A DNA stretch of 64,000 nt from Bacillota bacterium (GCA_023433405.1 JAEZCT010000067.1:13478-77477), one strand, 5' to 3'. Shown: positions 41,140 through 50,502, numbered from the stretch's first letter. Program-made: numbers and translations. Notes: generated from the letters alone by a model not told the origin.

Positions 41140-42486
41140 ATGGAACGACGCTCCCGGGTTCGCATTGCCAGTTTCTCCACCGCGGTTTTTGCCATTATGT
41201 CAGGGTTTATCATTAAGGGGTATACCATGGCGACCGATTACCGCACAAAGCTTGAGTATACCTACCAGCGCGCGCTGGTAGACCTGAGCGACGATGTCAC
41301 CGAGATTAGCACCACGCTCAACAAAAGCCTTTACGCCGGCACCCCCGCACAGCTTACGCAGCTAACGTCCAAGCTTTTGCGCGACTGCGACGCGGCAAAA
41401 TCCAGCCTTTCGCAGCTGCCGGTGTCCGATTTTCATCTGGACGGCACCAATAAGTTCGTTTCGCAGGCGGGTGAGTACGCCTCCAGCCTGACGCGCAAGC
41501 TTTCTATCTCCCAGGACATTACCGATGAGGAGAAGGCAAACCTTCAAAAGCTGTGCGATTACTCCCGCACTCTTGCCGAGTCCATTAACGCCATGCGCAA
41601 CGACATTGAAAAGAGCGGCATGAACATCGGGGAGGTATTTGCTGCGGTGAAGGCGGAGGGAGACGCGGTGGAGGGCGATGTACCCACCATCACCGACGGC
41701 TTTCAGGATATGGAGGACGGAATGCAGGGTTACCCGACCCTCATTTATGACGGCCCGTTCTCCGACCACCTAATGGAACGCGAGCCTCTGTTAACCAAGA
41801 ACGCGGCGGCAGTCTCCCGTGAGGATGCCCGCAAAAAGGCGGCTGTGGCGTTAGGCGTCGATGCTTCTCAGCTTAAGGACGACACCGACGAGGAAGGTAA
41901 AATGCCCTCCTACTGCTTTAAGTATGAGCAAACCAACATCTCGGTAACCAAGCAGGGCAACCTCATTAGCTATATGGTCAATTCCCGCGGGGTAAGCGAG
42001 GGCTCTCTCAGCGTAAAGGATGCGGGGGTTAAGGCGGGCGAATACCTGCGCAAGCTGGGGATAGAGAACATGGTGCAAAGCTATTACGACACCATGAGCA
42101 ATATTTGCGTGTTTAACTTCGCCTATGAGCAAAACGGTGTTATCTGCTACCCCGACCTGATTAAGGTGGGCGTTGCGCTGGATAACGGCGAGATTGTAAG
42201 CTTTGAATCCCGCGGCTTTATCACCAATCACAGGGAGGACCGGGAGCTGCCCGCCCCCGCAATCAGCGAGGAGCAGGCGAAAACAATTGTAAGTAAGCTT
42301 TTAACCCCCGAGCGGGTGCGCCTGTGCGTCATCCCCTCTACCGGACAAAACGAAGCCTATGCCTATGAGGTGCTGTGCAAGAGTAAGGATGACCAGAACA
42401 TTCTCGTTTACGTCAACGCCATGACCGGCGCGGAGGAGCAGATACTCATTCTCATAGAAACGGAGTCGGGCGTTTTAACTATGTAG
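41140..42486 (+). CDS. ypeB: Germination protein YpeB (PepSY domains)
   Basis: N-terminal TM, YpeB-type central region and C-terminal PepSY-like repeats. ATG start after AGGAAAGGA. Confidence 0.8.
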   Translation: MERRSRVRIASFSTAVFAIMSGFIIKGYTMATDYRTKLEYTYQRALVDLSDDVTEISTTLNKSLYAGTPAQLTQLTSKLLRDCDAAKSSLSQLPVSDFHLDGTNKFVSQAGEYASSLTRKLSISQDITDEEKANLQKLCDYSRTLAESINAMRNDIEKSGMNIGEVFAAVKAEGDAVEGDVPTITDGFQDMEDGMQGYPTLIYDGPFSDHLMEREPLLTKNAAAVSREDARKKAAVALGVDASQLKDDTDEEGKMPSYCFKYEQTNISVTKQGNLISYMVNSRGVSEGSLSVKDAGVKAGEYLRKLGIENMVQSYYDTMSNICVFNFAYEQNGVICYPDLIKVGVALDNGEIVSFESRGFITNHREDRELPAPAISEEQAKTIVSKLLTPERVRLCVIPSTGQNEAYAYEVLCKSKDDQNILVYVNAMTGAEEQILILIETESGVLTM

Positions 42487-42517
42487 CGTTGATTATCATT
42501 TCGTGTTCAAGCATTAC

Positions 42518-42561
42518 ACCGGAGCCGCAGGCGGGTAAGCCACGCGGTTCCGGTTTTTTTA
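42518..42561 (+). terminator. Intrinsic terminator after ypeB
   Basis: ACCGGAGCCGC...GCGGTTCCGGT followed by TTTTTTT. Confidence 0.7.
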
Positions 42562-42596
42562 CCACTTATCAGCTTATTTCATAAACAGTGTAGCCC

Positions 42597-43172
42597 TTAA
42601 AAAAGCTCCCGCGCCGCATAAACGGTAACACCCAGTGCGCCGCAGGCCAGCATAACAAACACCGGGTTTTGCTTAAACCGCCGCAGGATAAACAATGCCA
42701 CGGCAAACAGCGAAAGGGATAAGAAATCGAGGCTTGAAAAGGCAACGGGCAATCCGTCGGAGCCAAACAGCGCCACCAGCAGGACGGAGACGGCCGCCGT
42801 GCCAATCAGCCCCGCCGCCGTGGGGCGAAGCCCATCCAGCGCCCCCTGCACCGCCGCTGTGGCGCGATATTTAAGGTACAGCCCTGAAAGCACCAGCACA
42901 ATCAGGCAGGAGGGAAGCACACAGCCTATGGAGGCAAGCACCCCGCCCCATACACCCCCCAGCCGCAGTCCCACAAACGTCGCGGCGTTAAGGGCGATTG
43001 GCCCCGGCGTCATCTGCGAAATAGCAACCACGTCTGCAAACTCGGCGGTGGTCAGCCAACCGTTAATATCCACCACCTGCTCCTTTATCATGGGCAAAAC
43101 GGCGTAGCCGCCGCCAAAGCTGAATAGACCAACCTGCATAAACGCAAGCAAAAGAGAAACCATCTCCCGCAT
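42597..43172 (-). CDS. Chromate transporter, short-CHR family (second of a pair)
   Basis: FMQVGLFSFGGGYAVLPMI CHR motif. The start is trimmed to MREMVSL, 1 nt after the upstream partner's stop. Confidence 0.85.
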   Translation of the reverse strand: MREMVSLLLAFMQVGLFSFGGGYAVLPMIKEQVVDINGWLTTAEFADVVAISQMTPGPIALNAATFVGLRLGGVWGGVLASIGCVLPSCLIVLVLSGLYLKYRATAAVQGALDGLRPTAAGLIGTAAVSVLLVALFGSDGLPVAFSSLDFLSLSLFAVALFILRRFKQNPVFVMLACGALGVTVYAARELF

Positions 43173-43173
43173 A

Positions 43174-43800
43174 TCAACTGCCGCCCCCCTTGTTGTTCTC
43201 TCTCGTTTTGTGCTTATGCCCGTGCTTTTTGTTCCACGCGCTAAGCGCAACGCCAAACATGCCGCCAAACACAATAACCAGCACCGTATTAACGCGAAAC
43301 ACAAAGGTTGCCCCAAAGGCGGCCGCCATTACCGCAAGCTGCAGGGCATTTTTTTGCCGGTACGCGGCAAGGCACATGGTAACCACAACATCTGCCATAA
43401 CCGCCGCGGCACCCGCCTGCATACCCCGTAACGCCGCCTCGATATAGGGATTATTTTGAAAAAGGGTGTAAAACGCCGTAACAACTGATATAATAATAAC
43501 AGGCGGCAGGATTGTCCCCAGCACGGCGATGGCAGCCCCCAGGTTGCCCGCCACGCGCGAACCCACCAGCTGGGATGCGATGATGGCGATGGAACCCGGT
43601 GTCGCCTGGGCAATGGCGGTAAAATCGAGCATCTCCTCCTCGGTAATCCAACCATATTCATCCACAAACCTTTTTTTTATCAGTGATACAATCACATAGC
43701 CGCCCCCAACAGTCATCGCGCTGATGGAAAGGGTGGCAAGGAACAGTTGCAGCAAATGCTTTTTGTTTGCTCGCATTTGGGTAAACGCCTTCTTTTTCAT
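43174..43800 (-). CDS. Chromate transporter, short-CHR family (first of a pair)
   Basis: SAMTVGGGYVIVSLIKKRFV CHR motif. The two tandem genes form a paired short-CHR arrangement. Confidence 0.85.
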   Translation of the reverse strand: MKKKAFTQMRANKKHLLQLFLATLSISAMTVGGGYVIVSLIKKRFVDEYGWITEEEMLDFTAIAQATPGSIAIIASQLVGSRVAGNLGAAIAVLGTILPPVIIISVVTAFYTLFQNNPYIEAALRGMQAGAAAVMADVVVTMCLAAYRQKNALQLAVMAAAFGATFVFRVNTVLVIVFGGMFGVALSAWNKKHGHKHKTRENNKGGGS

Positions 43801-43879
43801 GGTTTTATCAAACATTTTGGGCGCGACAGAGCTTGCGCGGCAGCTGGGATGGATTTTATTATAGCACATTTTCTTTTAT

Positions 43880-43933
43880 CCTAATAACCGATTAGAAAGT
43901 GTATAGTGTATAAATGTGTAGGGGATTAGTATT
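43880..43933 (+). repeat. Family A palindromic interspersed repeat, internally deleted copy A5
   Basis: ctaataaccgattagaaagtgtata...gtgtaggggattagtat retains only the two terminal arms. Confidence 0.65.
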
Positions 43934-44080
43934 ATGGTTCCTAAACACAAAGCGAAATGCCGGATATAATTACAAAAGATTTAAATTAAAAATAGAAAAC
44001 ATGTCCTGAGTTCTTGGCAAAACGGAATAATGAGTAAAAGGACGCAGGCGGGAAAAAATAAAAGCGGGAGGTTATAAATT

Positions 44081-44494
44081 ATGTTCAAACGTCTTTATTC
44101 CACCTTAAAAAAGAGCGACCGCGGCTTTACGCTGATAGAACTCATCGTGGTCATTGCCATCATCGGTATTCTTATTGCCATTCTGGTACCGTCAATGATA
44201 GGGTTTGTCAACAGCGCCAGAGAGGCCTCCGTTAAGGCAACGGGCAAAACGCTGTATACCGCCGCGCAGGCCTATGTGACAGACCTTGTGCAGGTAAAGG
44301 GGCAGGCTGTGCCAGCCGCCGGTGACATTACCGCAACCACATTGCTGACAAACAACCTTTTAACCCAGGGCTTAAAAACCGGCGCAACCTTTACGGTAGA
44401 CGCCATAGACGCCCAGGGCAACATTACACAGTGCACCTATACCGAAAACGGCATCTCCGTCGTGTACCCCGCAGGAGCGGTTGCAACCACCTGA
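44081..44494 (+). CDS. Type IV pilin / pseudopilin with a prepilin N-terminal methylation motif (orphan)
   Basis: RGFTLIELIVVIAIIGILIAILVP is the class III signal peptide motif. GGGAGG RBS. Confidence 0.85.
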   Translation: MFKRLYSTLKKSDRGFTLIELIVVIAIIGILIAILVPSMIGFVNSAREASVKATGKTLYTAAQAYVTDLVQVKGQAVPAAGDITATTLLTNNLLTQGLKTGATFTVDAIDAQGNITQCTYTENGISVVYPAGAVATT

Positions 44495-44519
44495 AGCGAT
44501 TTTTGTCCTAAAAACATTT

Positions 44520-44681
44520 AGAACCTGTTCTCATAGCTTGCAATACCATTTAGACGGCAATTTTTCCGCCATACTGCGTTGATAATGCTCGGAAATTCGG
44601 CAAGTATTCCTGCGCTTTTCGCCTTGTCTGGCAAAAAATTTCTCGTCTATATGGTATTTCTCACTCATGAGAACAGGTTCT
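44520..44681. repeat. Element C: ~160-bp imperfect palindrome bounded by 15-bp perfect inverted repeats
   Basis: agaacctgttctcat (44520-44534) is the reverse complement of atgagaacaggttct (44667-44681). An inner pair is aataccat(t)tagacg / cgtcta(t)atggtatt. Confidence 0.8.
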
Positions 44682-44707
44682 TAGGCAAACGGATAGAAGC
44701 TTATCAT

Positions 44708-44755
44708 AAACCGCGGTGCAGCAAAACCTTTCGCTGCACTGCGGTTTATTTTCAA
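44708..44755 (+). terminator. Intrinsic terminator downstream of the pilin gene and Element C
   Basis: AAACCGCGGTGCAGC, a 10-nt loop, GCTGCACTGCGGTTT, then ATTTTC. Confidence 0.7.
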
Positions 44756-44897
44756 TCGAAAGGTGTCCGCCGCAACAAAAAACCGCCGTCGTTTTTCGTT
44801 TGTCCGCAAATTATCGTAGGGATTCTAGGCGAATAATCGAGAAACAGCCGTGATTCGGTCATGAGAATTATCACGATAAAAATTGGCAATTATATCA

Positions 44898-44926
44898 TTG
44901 ACAAGCAGTCGCGTGAAAGCTAATAT
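44898..44926 (+). promoter_or_regulatory. Sigma-A type promoter of nrdDG
   Basis: TTGACA, a 17-nt spacer, then TAATAT. AT-rich palindromes overlap and follow it (see findings). Confidence 0.55.
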
Positions 44927-45149
44927 ATATGTTATATACAGTAGACATCAACGAAACAATCTCAATATATTGTGTTTTTACACATTTTTCGACACGTCAT
45001 AAATGGCTTAAGGGCTTCTGCGTTTTTCCAATTTTCGCGCTGCTTCGCGCGGGCGATTTCACAAACAGCTGCCCCAAAGCCCGGCCCCCGCAATTTTTAT
45101 GGCGTCCTTGCGCCACATGGCGCAGGTGCCGGAAAGGCATGGTCTTAAA

Positions 45150-47255
45150 ATGTTGACACACATAATCAAGCGCGACCGAACCACGGTTCCCTTTCGGCGG
45201 GAAAAGATTGTCCTTGCCATCTTCAAGGCAGCCGCCGCCGTAGGCGGTGATGATTTCACTACAGCGGAACGCCTCACCGACGAGGTGCTCCGCATTGCGG
45301 AGGCAAGGTTCTCCGACGGGGTTGCAGAGGTTGAGGGCATACAGGATATGGTAGAGACGGTACTGATTAAGGCAGGTCACGCCAAAACCGCCAAGGCATA
45401 CATCCTGTACCGGGAAAAGCGCCGCGCCGCGCGGGAATCCAACGCCCTTATCGGCGCGACCATCGCGATGTTTACCGAGTACCTGGGGGACCGCGATTGG
45501 CAGATTAACGAAAACGCAAACACGCAAAAATCTATAAATGGGCTGAATAACTATGTGCGCGAGGCGTTTACCAAAAACTACTGGCTGCACGAGATTTATA
45601 CCGAGGATATCCGCCACGCCCACCTTTCGGGGGATATTCACCTGCACGACCTCGGTTTTTTCGGCCCCTATTGCGCGGGATGGGATTTAAAGCAGATTTT
45701 ACTAAACGGGTTCGGCGGCGTACCGGGTAAAATAGAATCGAAGCCCCCGCGCCATCTGCGCACCTTTCTTGGGCAGGTGGTAAACTCCACCTTTACCACG
45801 CAGGGCGAAAGCGCGGGCGCACAGGCATGGTCGTCCTTTGATACCTACTGCGCGCCGTTTGTGCGCAGCGATAAGCTGGATTACGCCGAGGTAAAGCAGG
45901 CCATGCAGGAGTTTATCTTTAACCTGAATGTCCCCACCCGCGTGGGCTTTCAATGCCCTTTTTCCAACCTCACCTTTGACCTTGTAGTGCCCCGCACGCT
46001 GCGTGACGAGTGCGTGATTGTGGGAGGCAAGGCGCAAAAGGAAACCTACGGGGATTTTCAGGAGGAAATGAACCTGATTAACACCGCGTTTTGCGATGTA
46101 ATGATGGAGGGCGACCTCAAGGGGCGGGTGTTCACCTTTCCCATTCCCACCATCAACGTCACCAAGGACTTTGACTGGGAAAGCCCGGTCACCGACCGGT
46201 TTATGGCCATTGCCTGCAAATACGGCATCCCGTATTTTTCAAACTACATAAATTCCGACCTCTCGCCGGAGGATGCGCTGTCCATGTGCTGCCGCCTGCG
46301 GCTGGATACCACCGAGCTGCGCAAGCGGGGCGGGGGATTGTTCGGGTCTAATCCCCTCACCGGCTCGGTGGGGGTGGTGACGATAAACCTGCCAAGGCTT
46401 GCATACCTCTCGAAAACCGAGCCGGAGTTCTGCGCGCGGCTGTGGCAGCAAATGAACACGGCGCGCAACAGCCTGGAGATTAAGCGCAAGGTGATAGAGG
46501 CTGAGACCGAGCGGGGGCTGTACCCCTATTCCGCTAACTATTTAAAGGATGTAAAGGCGCGCACCGGCAGCTATTGGAACAACCACTTTAATACCATCGG
46601 GCTGATTGGCATGAACGAGGCGTGCCAGAACCTTTTAGGCGAGCGCTACGACCTGACAACCCCCGAGGGACAGGCGTTTGCGGTGCGAACGCTTGAGTAT
46701 ATGCGAAGTGTCATTAAGGACATTCAGGACGAAACGGGCCATTACTATAACCTCGAGGCCACCCCGGCGGAGGGGACAAGCTACCGCCTTGCCAGTATGG
46801 ATAAGGAACGCTTCGGCGATATTTTATGCGCCGGGCGGGATATCCCCTACTACACCAACTCCTCCCAGCTGCCCGTTGGCTATACCGACGATATCTTTGA
46901 GACGCTAAAGCTTCAGGACACCCTGCAAACCCTGTACACCGGCGGCACCGTTTTGCACCTGTATTTGGGTGAGGAGATTAAGGACACGGCCTCCGCAAAA
47001 AGCCTTTTGCGCAAGGCGTTTACCCGCTTCAAGCTGCCCTACCTCTCCATTACCCCCACCTTCTCGGTTTGCCCCAATCACGGGTATATGTCCGGGGAGC
47101 ATTTCATATGTCCCCAGTGCGGAGAGGATGCAGAGGTATGGACGCGGGTGGTGGGCTACCTGCGTCCGGTGCAGAATTTTAACAAGGGTAAGGTGGAGGA
47201 GTACGCGCGGCGAAAACCGTATTCCCTGCCGGAACAGGAGCTTGCCACATTATGA
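45150..47255 (+). CDS. nrdD: Anaerobic ribonucleoside-triphosphate reductase (class III)
   Basis: N-terminal ATP-cone (IIKRDRTTVPFRREKI), a C-terminal Zn-ribbon CPNHGY...CPQCG and the glycyl-radical region RVVGYLRP. Confidence 0.93.
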   Translation: MLTHIIKRDRTTVPFRREKIVLAIFKAAAAVGGDDFTTAERLTDEVLRIAEARFSDGVAEVEGIQDMVETVLIKAGHAKTAKAYILYREKRRAARESNALIGATIAMFTEYLGDRDWQINENANTQKSINGLNNYVREAFTKNYWLHEIYTEDIRHAHLSGDIHLHDLGFFGPYCAGWDLKQILLNGFGGVPGKIESKPPRHLRTFLGQVVNSTFTTQGESAGAQAWSSFDTYCAPFVRSDKLDYAEVKQAMQEFIFNLNVPTRVGFQCPFSNLTFDLVVPRTLRDECVIVGGKAQKETYGDFQEEMNLINTAFCDVMMEGDLKGRVFTFPIPTINVTKDFDWESPVTDRFMAIACKYGIPYFSNYINSDLSPEDALSMCCRLRLDTTELRKRGGGLFGSNPLTGSVGVVTINLPRLAYLSKTEPEFCARLWQQMNTARNSLEIKRKVIEAETERGLYPYSANYLKDVKARTGSYWNNHFNTIGLIGMNEACQNLLGERYDLTTPEGQAFAVRTLEYMRSVIKDIQDETGHYYNLEATPAEGTSYRLASMDKERFGDILCAGRDIPYYTNSSQLPVGYTDDIFETLKLQDTLQTLYTGGTVLHLYLGEEIKDTASAKSLLRKAFTRFKLPYLSITPTFSVCPNHGYMSGEHFICPQCGEDAEVWTRVVGYLRPVQNFNKGKVEEYARRKPYSLPEQELATL

Positions 47256-47938
47256 GATTTGCGGGGCTGCTTAAAAGTACGCTTGTGGATTATCCCGGCA
47301 TGGTAGCCTGCGTGCTGTTTGCCGCGGGCTGCAACATGGATTGCTTTTACTGCCACAACCGCCCTTTGGCCGAAAACCGCCTGCCCGCCCTCACCCAGCG
47401 GGAGGTGCGCGGCTTTCTGGCTTCCCGGGCGGGAATGCTCGATGGCGTGGTGATATCCGGCGGTGAGCCGACGGTGTGTCTTGGGCTGGTTTATGAGCTG
47501 AAATGGCTCAAATCCCTGGGCTATAAGGTCAAGCTCGATACCAACGGGGCAAACCCCCGGGTGGTGGAGCGGATTCTGGAAAAAGGGCTGTGCGATTACT
47601 TCGCGGTGGATTACAAGGCCCCCGCCGCCCGCTACGCGGAGGTTTGCGGCAGAGGTGCCGACGCGCAGCGGGTGCTGGAGACAATACGCCTGTTAAGCGA
47701 AAGCGGCGCGGTGTTTGAGGTGCGCACCACGGTTATCCCTCAGCTTTCGGCGGACGATTTGCTGCAAATGGCAAGGGAGCTGCCCCCCGTGCCCCGGTAT
47801 TCCCTCAACCGTTACCGCCTGCCCCTTGCTTACCCCGCCGCCGAGCGGGAGCGGGTGCTCGCCCCCGCTTTGACACAGTGGGAGCTTGAGCGCCTTGCGG
47901 GAGAGCTGCGCACGGTCCAGCCAAACTGCGTGGGGTAG
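47252..47938 (+). CDS. nrdG: Anaerobic RNR activating protein (radical SAM)
   Basis: CNMDCFYCHN cluster motif and a 4-nt overlap with the nrdD stop. Confidence 0.9.
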   Translation: MRFAGLLKSTLVDYPGMVACVLFAAGCNMDCFYCHNRPLAENRLPALTQREVRGFLASRAGMLDGVVISGGEPTVCLGLVYELKWLKSLGYKVKLDTNGANPRVVERILEKGLCDYFAVDYKAPAARYAEVCGRGADAQRVLETIRLLSESGAVFEVRTTVIPQLSADDLLQMARELPPVPRYSLNRYRLPLAYPAAERERVLAPALTQWELERLAGELRTVQPNCVG

Positions 47939-47980
47939 GCTCATGTTGAATAATGCCTTGTAACGGCGGTAATATAGATT

Positions 47981-48081
47981 ATACTAATATCCGATTTAAA
48001 AGAGTATAAAAATCAAGTGAAAAGCTTTAATTTATGGGTTTTCACGCGGATTTTTATCGACTCTTTTTGAGGGATTAGTAT
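47981..48081 (+). repeat. Family A palindromic interspersed repeat, copy A6
   Basis: Near-identical to copy A12, with only a handful of differences by eye. Confidence 0.9.
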
Positions 48082-48130
48082 TACAACGCACCGAATGCAT
48101 GATAGTGTGGCTATGAAAGCAAATCCAAGG

Positions 48131-48273
48131 AAAACGCCCCGCTCACGAATACTATTTTCCGATGAAAGTATTGATAAAAAATCTTCGTCAAAACCCATAT
48201 ATCAAAGTTTTTGACTTAATTTTTTATTTACTTTTAATCGGATAATAGTATAACAGGTGAGCGGGGCGTTTTT
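48131..48273. terminator. Terminator hairpin split by a Family A insertion
   Basis: AAAACGCCCCGCTCAC (48131-48146) and GTGAGCGGGGCGTTTTT (48257-48273) are perfect complements, separated by the 103-bp copy A7. Confidence 0.6.
48149..48251 (-). repeat. Family A palindromic interspersed repeat, copy A7 (inside the terminator loop)
   Basis: atactattttccgatgaaagtattgataaaaaatcttcgtcaaaaccc...tttttgacttaatttttt...cttttaatcggataatagtat. Confidence 0.85.
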
Positions 48274-48777
48274 GGGGTAACGAATCGCGGCGTCAGCCGG
48301 ACGATTCTATGCACAGCAAAAATGCGGCCATAAAACGGGTAAGGTAGGGGGGATTTGCGTAAACGTTTACTGCTTAAAAAGAAAACGAAAAGTGAAATGA
48401 TTGCTAAAATATTTACAAGGATGAAAAGAAGACAGTTAGTTTAGCAAAAGCTGCGGCGTATGCAACAATTTAAGGGTAGTGTTTGCGGAAAAAAGCGATG
48501 ATGTTGGCGGCTCCCGTTTCGTGGTGAAGTGTTTGGCAGAAAAAGCAGAAGTGTGACATGTGGGTGTCATGTTAAACGGGTGCGGTGCAGTTCTTATGGC
48601 CCAAGCTGTGCGCTGAATGACCGAAAGCCAGAGGGGATATCCAAGTGAAGACCGCATAGAAGCAACAACCATAACTGTATCAGCTCCGGCACGGCTCAAA
48701 CAGGTGAGAAAATAAAAGGGGAAAAGAGAATGTGGTAATACAAATTGCAAATAAACGGTTGAAAACCACGTTTTGTA

Positions 48778-50502
48778 TTATTCCATATAGCCGCCCTTCA
48801 TGGGGGAAACCGCATGCTGTGAGTACAGGCGCAAAACGCCCTTTTGGTAGCGGTTGCGGCGGGGCTGCCACGCGGCGGCGCGGCGAGCCAGAATGTCCTC
48901 CATCTCCTTGGGGGTGCGGGGCTCACCTTTTACGCCCACAATGGAGAGGGTGCGGGTGTCAATATCCAGCAGAATCAGGTCCTCCTCCTCCACAAGGGCA
49001 ATGGGACCTCCCTCCGCCGCTTCTGGGGAAACGTGACCGATAACCGGCCCGCGGGATGCGCCGGAAAAGCGCCCGTCGGTAATCAGTGCGACCGAGGCGG
49101 CAAGCTCGGGGTCGGAGCAGATGGCCTCGCCGGTGTAAAACATCTCGGGCATACCGCTGCCCTTTGGTCCTTCGTAGCGGATAAATACCGCCTCGCCGGG
49201 CTGGATGCGCTTGTTTAGAATAGCCTCCAACGCGTCCTCCTCACAGTCAAAGGGGCGCGCCCGAAGGGTAACCCGAAACATATCCTTGGGTACGGCGGAA
49301 TGCTTGACCACCGCCCCGTCGGGGGCAAGGTTGCCGTAAAGGATGCCAATGGTGCCGTCTTTGCCAATGGGGTTATCAAAGGTGCGAATAATATCGGTAC
49401 GGTGAAAACCGGTTTTGGCAAGTAATTGGTCGCATTGCTCGTAATAGCCGCCGTGCTTTAAATCCTCCAGGTTTTCGCCCAGCGTCTTGCCCGTGACGGT
49501 TAAAGCGTCAAGGTGCAGCATCGACTTTATCTCCTCCATCACCCGCGGCACACCGCCGGCGTAATAGAAGTATTGGGCGGGGAACCGTCCGGCAGGCCGG
49601 ATATCCAAGAGATAATGGGCGCCCCGGTGCTTTTGGTCAAAGGTCTTGCCGTCTATCTCAATGCCAAATTCATGGGCGATGGCGGGGATATGCAGCAGCG
49701 CGTTGGTGGAGCCTGAAATGGCGGCGTGTACGATAATTGCGTTTTCAAACGCCTTTTTGGTCACAATATCGCTGGCTCGAATGCCGCTTCGAGCGAGCGC
49801 TACGGCCTGCTTGCCCGCCGCATAGGCCGCGTTAGCAAGCTCGGCGCAGGTTGCGGGCAAAAGGGTGGAGCCGGGCAGCGCGAGACCCAGCGCCTCGCTT
49901 AACACCTGCATGGTGGATGCCGTACCCATAAAAGAGCACGCCCCGCAGGAAGGGCAGGCGTGATGCTTATAATAGGTAAGCTGCTCTTTACTGATATCCC
50001 CCCGCTTTTGCATTGCGCTGTACATCCCAATCTGTTCCAGCGTCAGCATATCCGGGCCCGCCTCCATGACGCCGCCTGTGACCACAATCGCGGGGATGTT
50101 CAGTCTGCCGATGGCCATCAGGTTCGCGGGCAGCCCCTTATCGCAGCTTGCGATAAAAACCCCCGCGTCAAAGGGGGAGGCGCTGCCGTGAATCTCTATC
50201 AAATTGCATATCATCTCCCGGGAGGCGAGAGAAAAGTTTATACCGTCATGCCCTTGGGCAATTCCGTCGCAGATATCGGTGGCGAAATAGCGGGATGCCT
50301 TGCCGTGATGCTCCTCAATGCCCGCTCTCGCTTTTTCCACAAGCTCCAGCAGGTGGGCGCTGCCCGGGTGGCTGTCGCCAAAGGTGCTCTCGATGAGGAT
50401 GCTGGGCTTTTCAAGATCCTCCGCCGTCCAACCCATGCCCATACGCAGGGGATCCATCTCCGGCGCGATGGCGCGAATTCTTTGGTTTATGAGCTCCGTC
50501 AT
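48778..50502 (-). CDS. IlvD/Edd-family dehydratase paralogue (probable sugar-acid dehydratase)
   Basis: IlvD/Edd motifs ([29 protein letters not shown]), but it is a second copy outside the BCAA operon, next to a FadR-type regulator. Confidence 0.85.
   Translation of the reverse strand: MTELINQRIRAIAPEMDPLRMGMGWTAEDLEKPSILIESTFGDSHPGSAHLLELVEKARAGIEEHHGKASRYFATDICDGIAQGHDGINFSLASREMICNLIEIHGSASPFDAGVFIASCDKGLPANLMAIGRLNIPAIVVTGGVMEAGPDMLTLEQIGMYSAMQKRGDISKEQLTYYKHHACPSCGACSFMGTASTMQVLSEALGLALPGSTLLPATCAELANAAYAAGKQAVALARSGIRASDIVTKKAFENAIIVHAAISGSTNALLHIPAIAHEFGIEIDGKTFDQKHRGAHYLLDIRPAGRFPAQYFYYAGGVPRVMEEIKSMLHLDALTVTGKTLGENLEDLKHGGYYEQCDQLLAKTGFHRTDIIRTFDNPIGKDGTIGILYGNLAPDGAVVKHSAVPKDMFRVTLRARPFDCEEDALEAILNKRIQPGEAVFIRYEGPKGSGMPEMFYTGEAICSDPELAASVALITDGRFSGASRGPVIGHVSPEAAEGGPIALVEEEDLILLDIDTRTLSIVGVKGEPRTPKEMEDILARRAAAWQPRRNRYQKGVLRLYSQHAVSPMKGGYME

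Noticed and set aside
43990-44080. A possible c-di-GMP riboswitch upstream of the orphan pilin gene. GGCAAAAC...GGACGCAGGCGGG resembles the GEMM-I GGCAAAC...GGACGCAAAGCC pattern.
   Set aside because: The intervening sequence does not form the expected P1 hairpin with a GNRA tetraloop, and the second half of the motif is missing. The resemblance is limited to two short strings.
44520-44681. Element C as an invertible promoter switch (inverton) of the kind known in Clostridioides.
   Set aside because: I found no convincing -35/-10 pair inside the element in either orientation. No recombinase gene lies nearby, and the element lies downstream rather than upstream of the nearest co-oriented gene. 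The whole-length arm complementarity fits a hairpin or MITE better.
48436-48750. A 104-aa minus-strand ORF in the nrdG/dehydratase convergent spacer.
   Set aside because: It has no RBS, an odd composition and no recognisable motif. It spans a region better described as noncoding (see the finding at 48274-48777).
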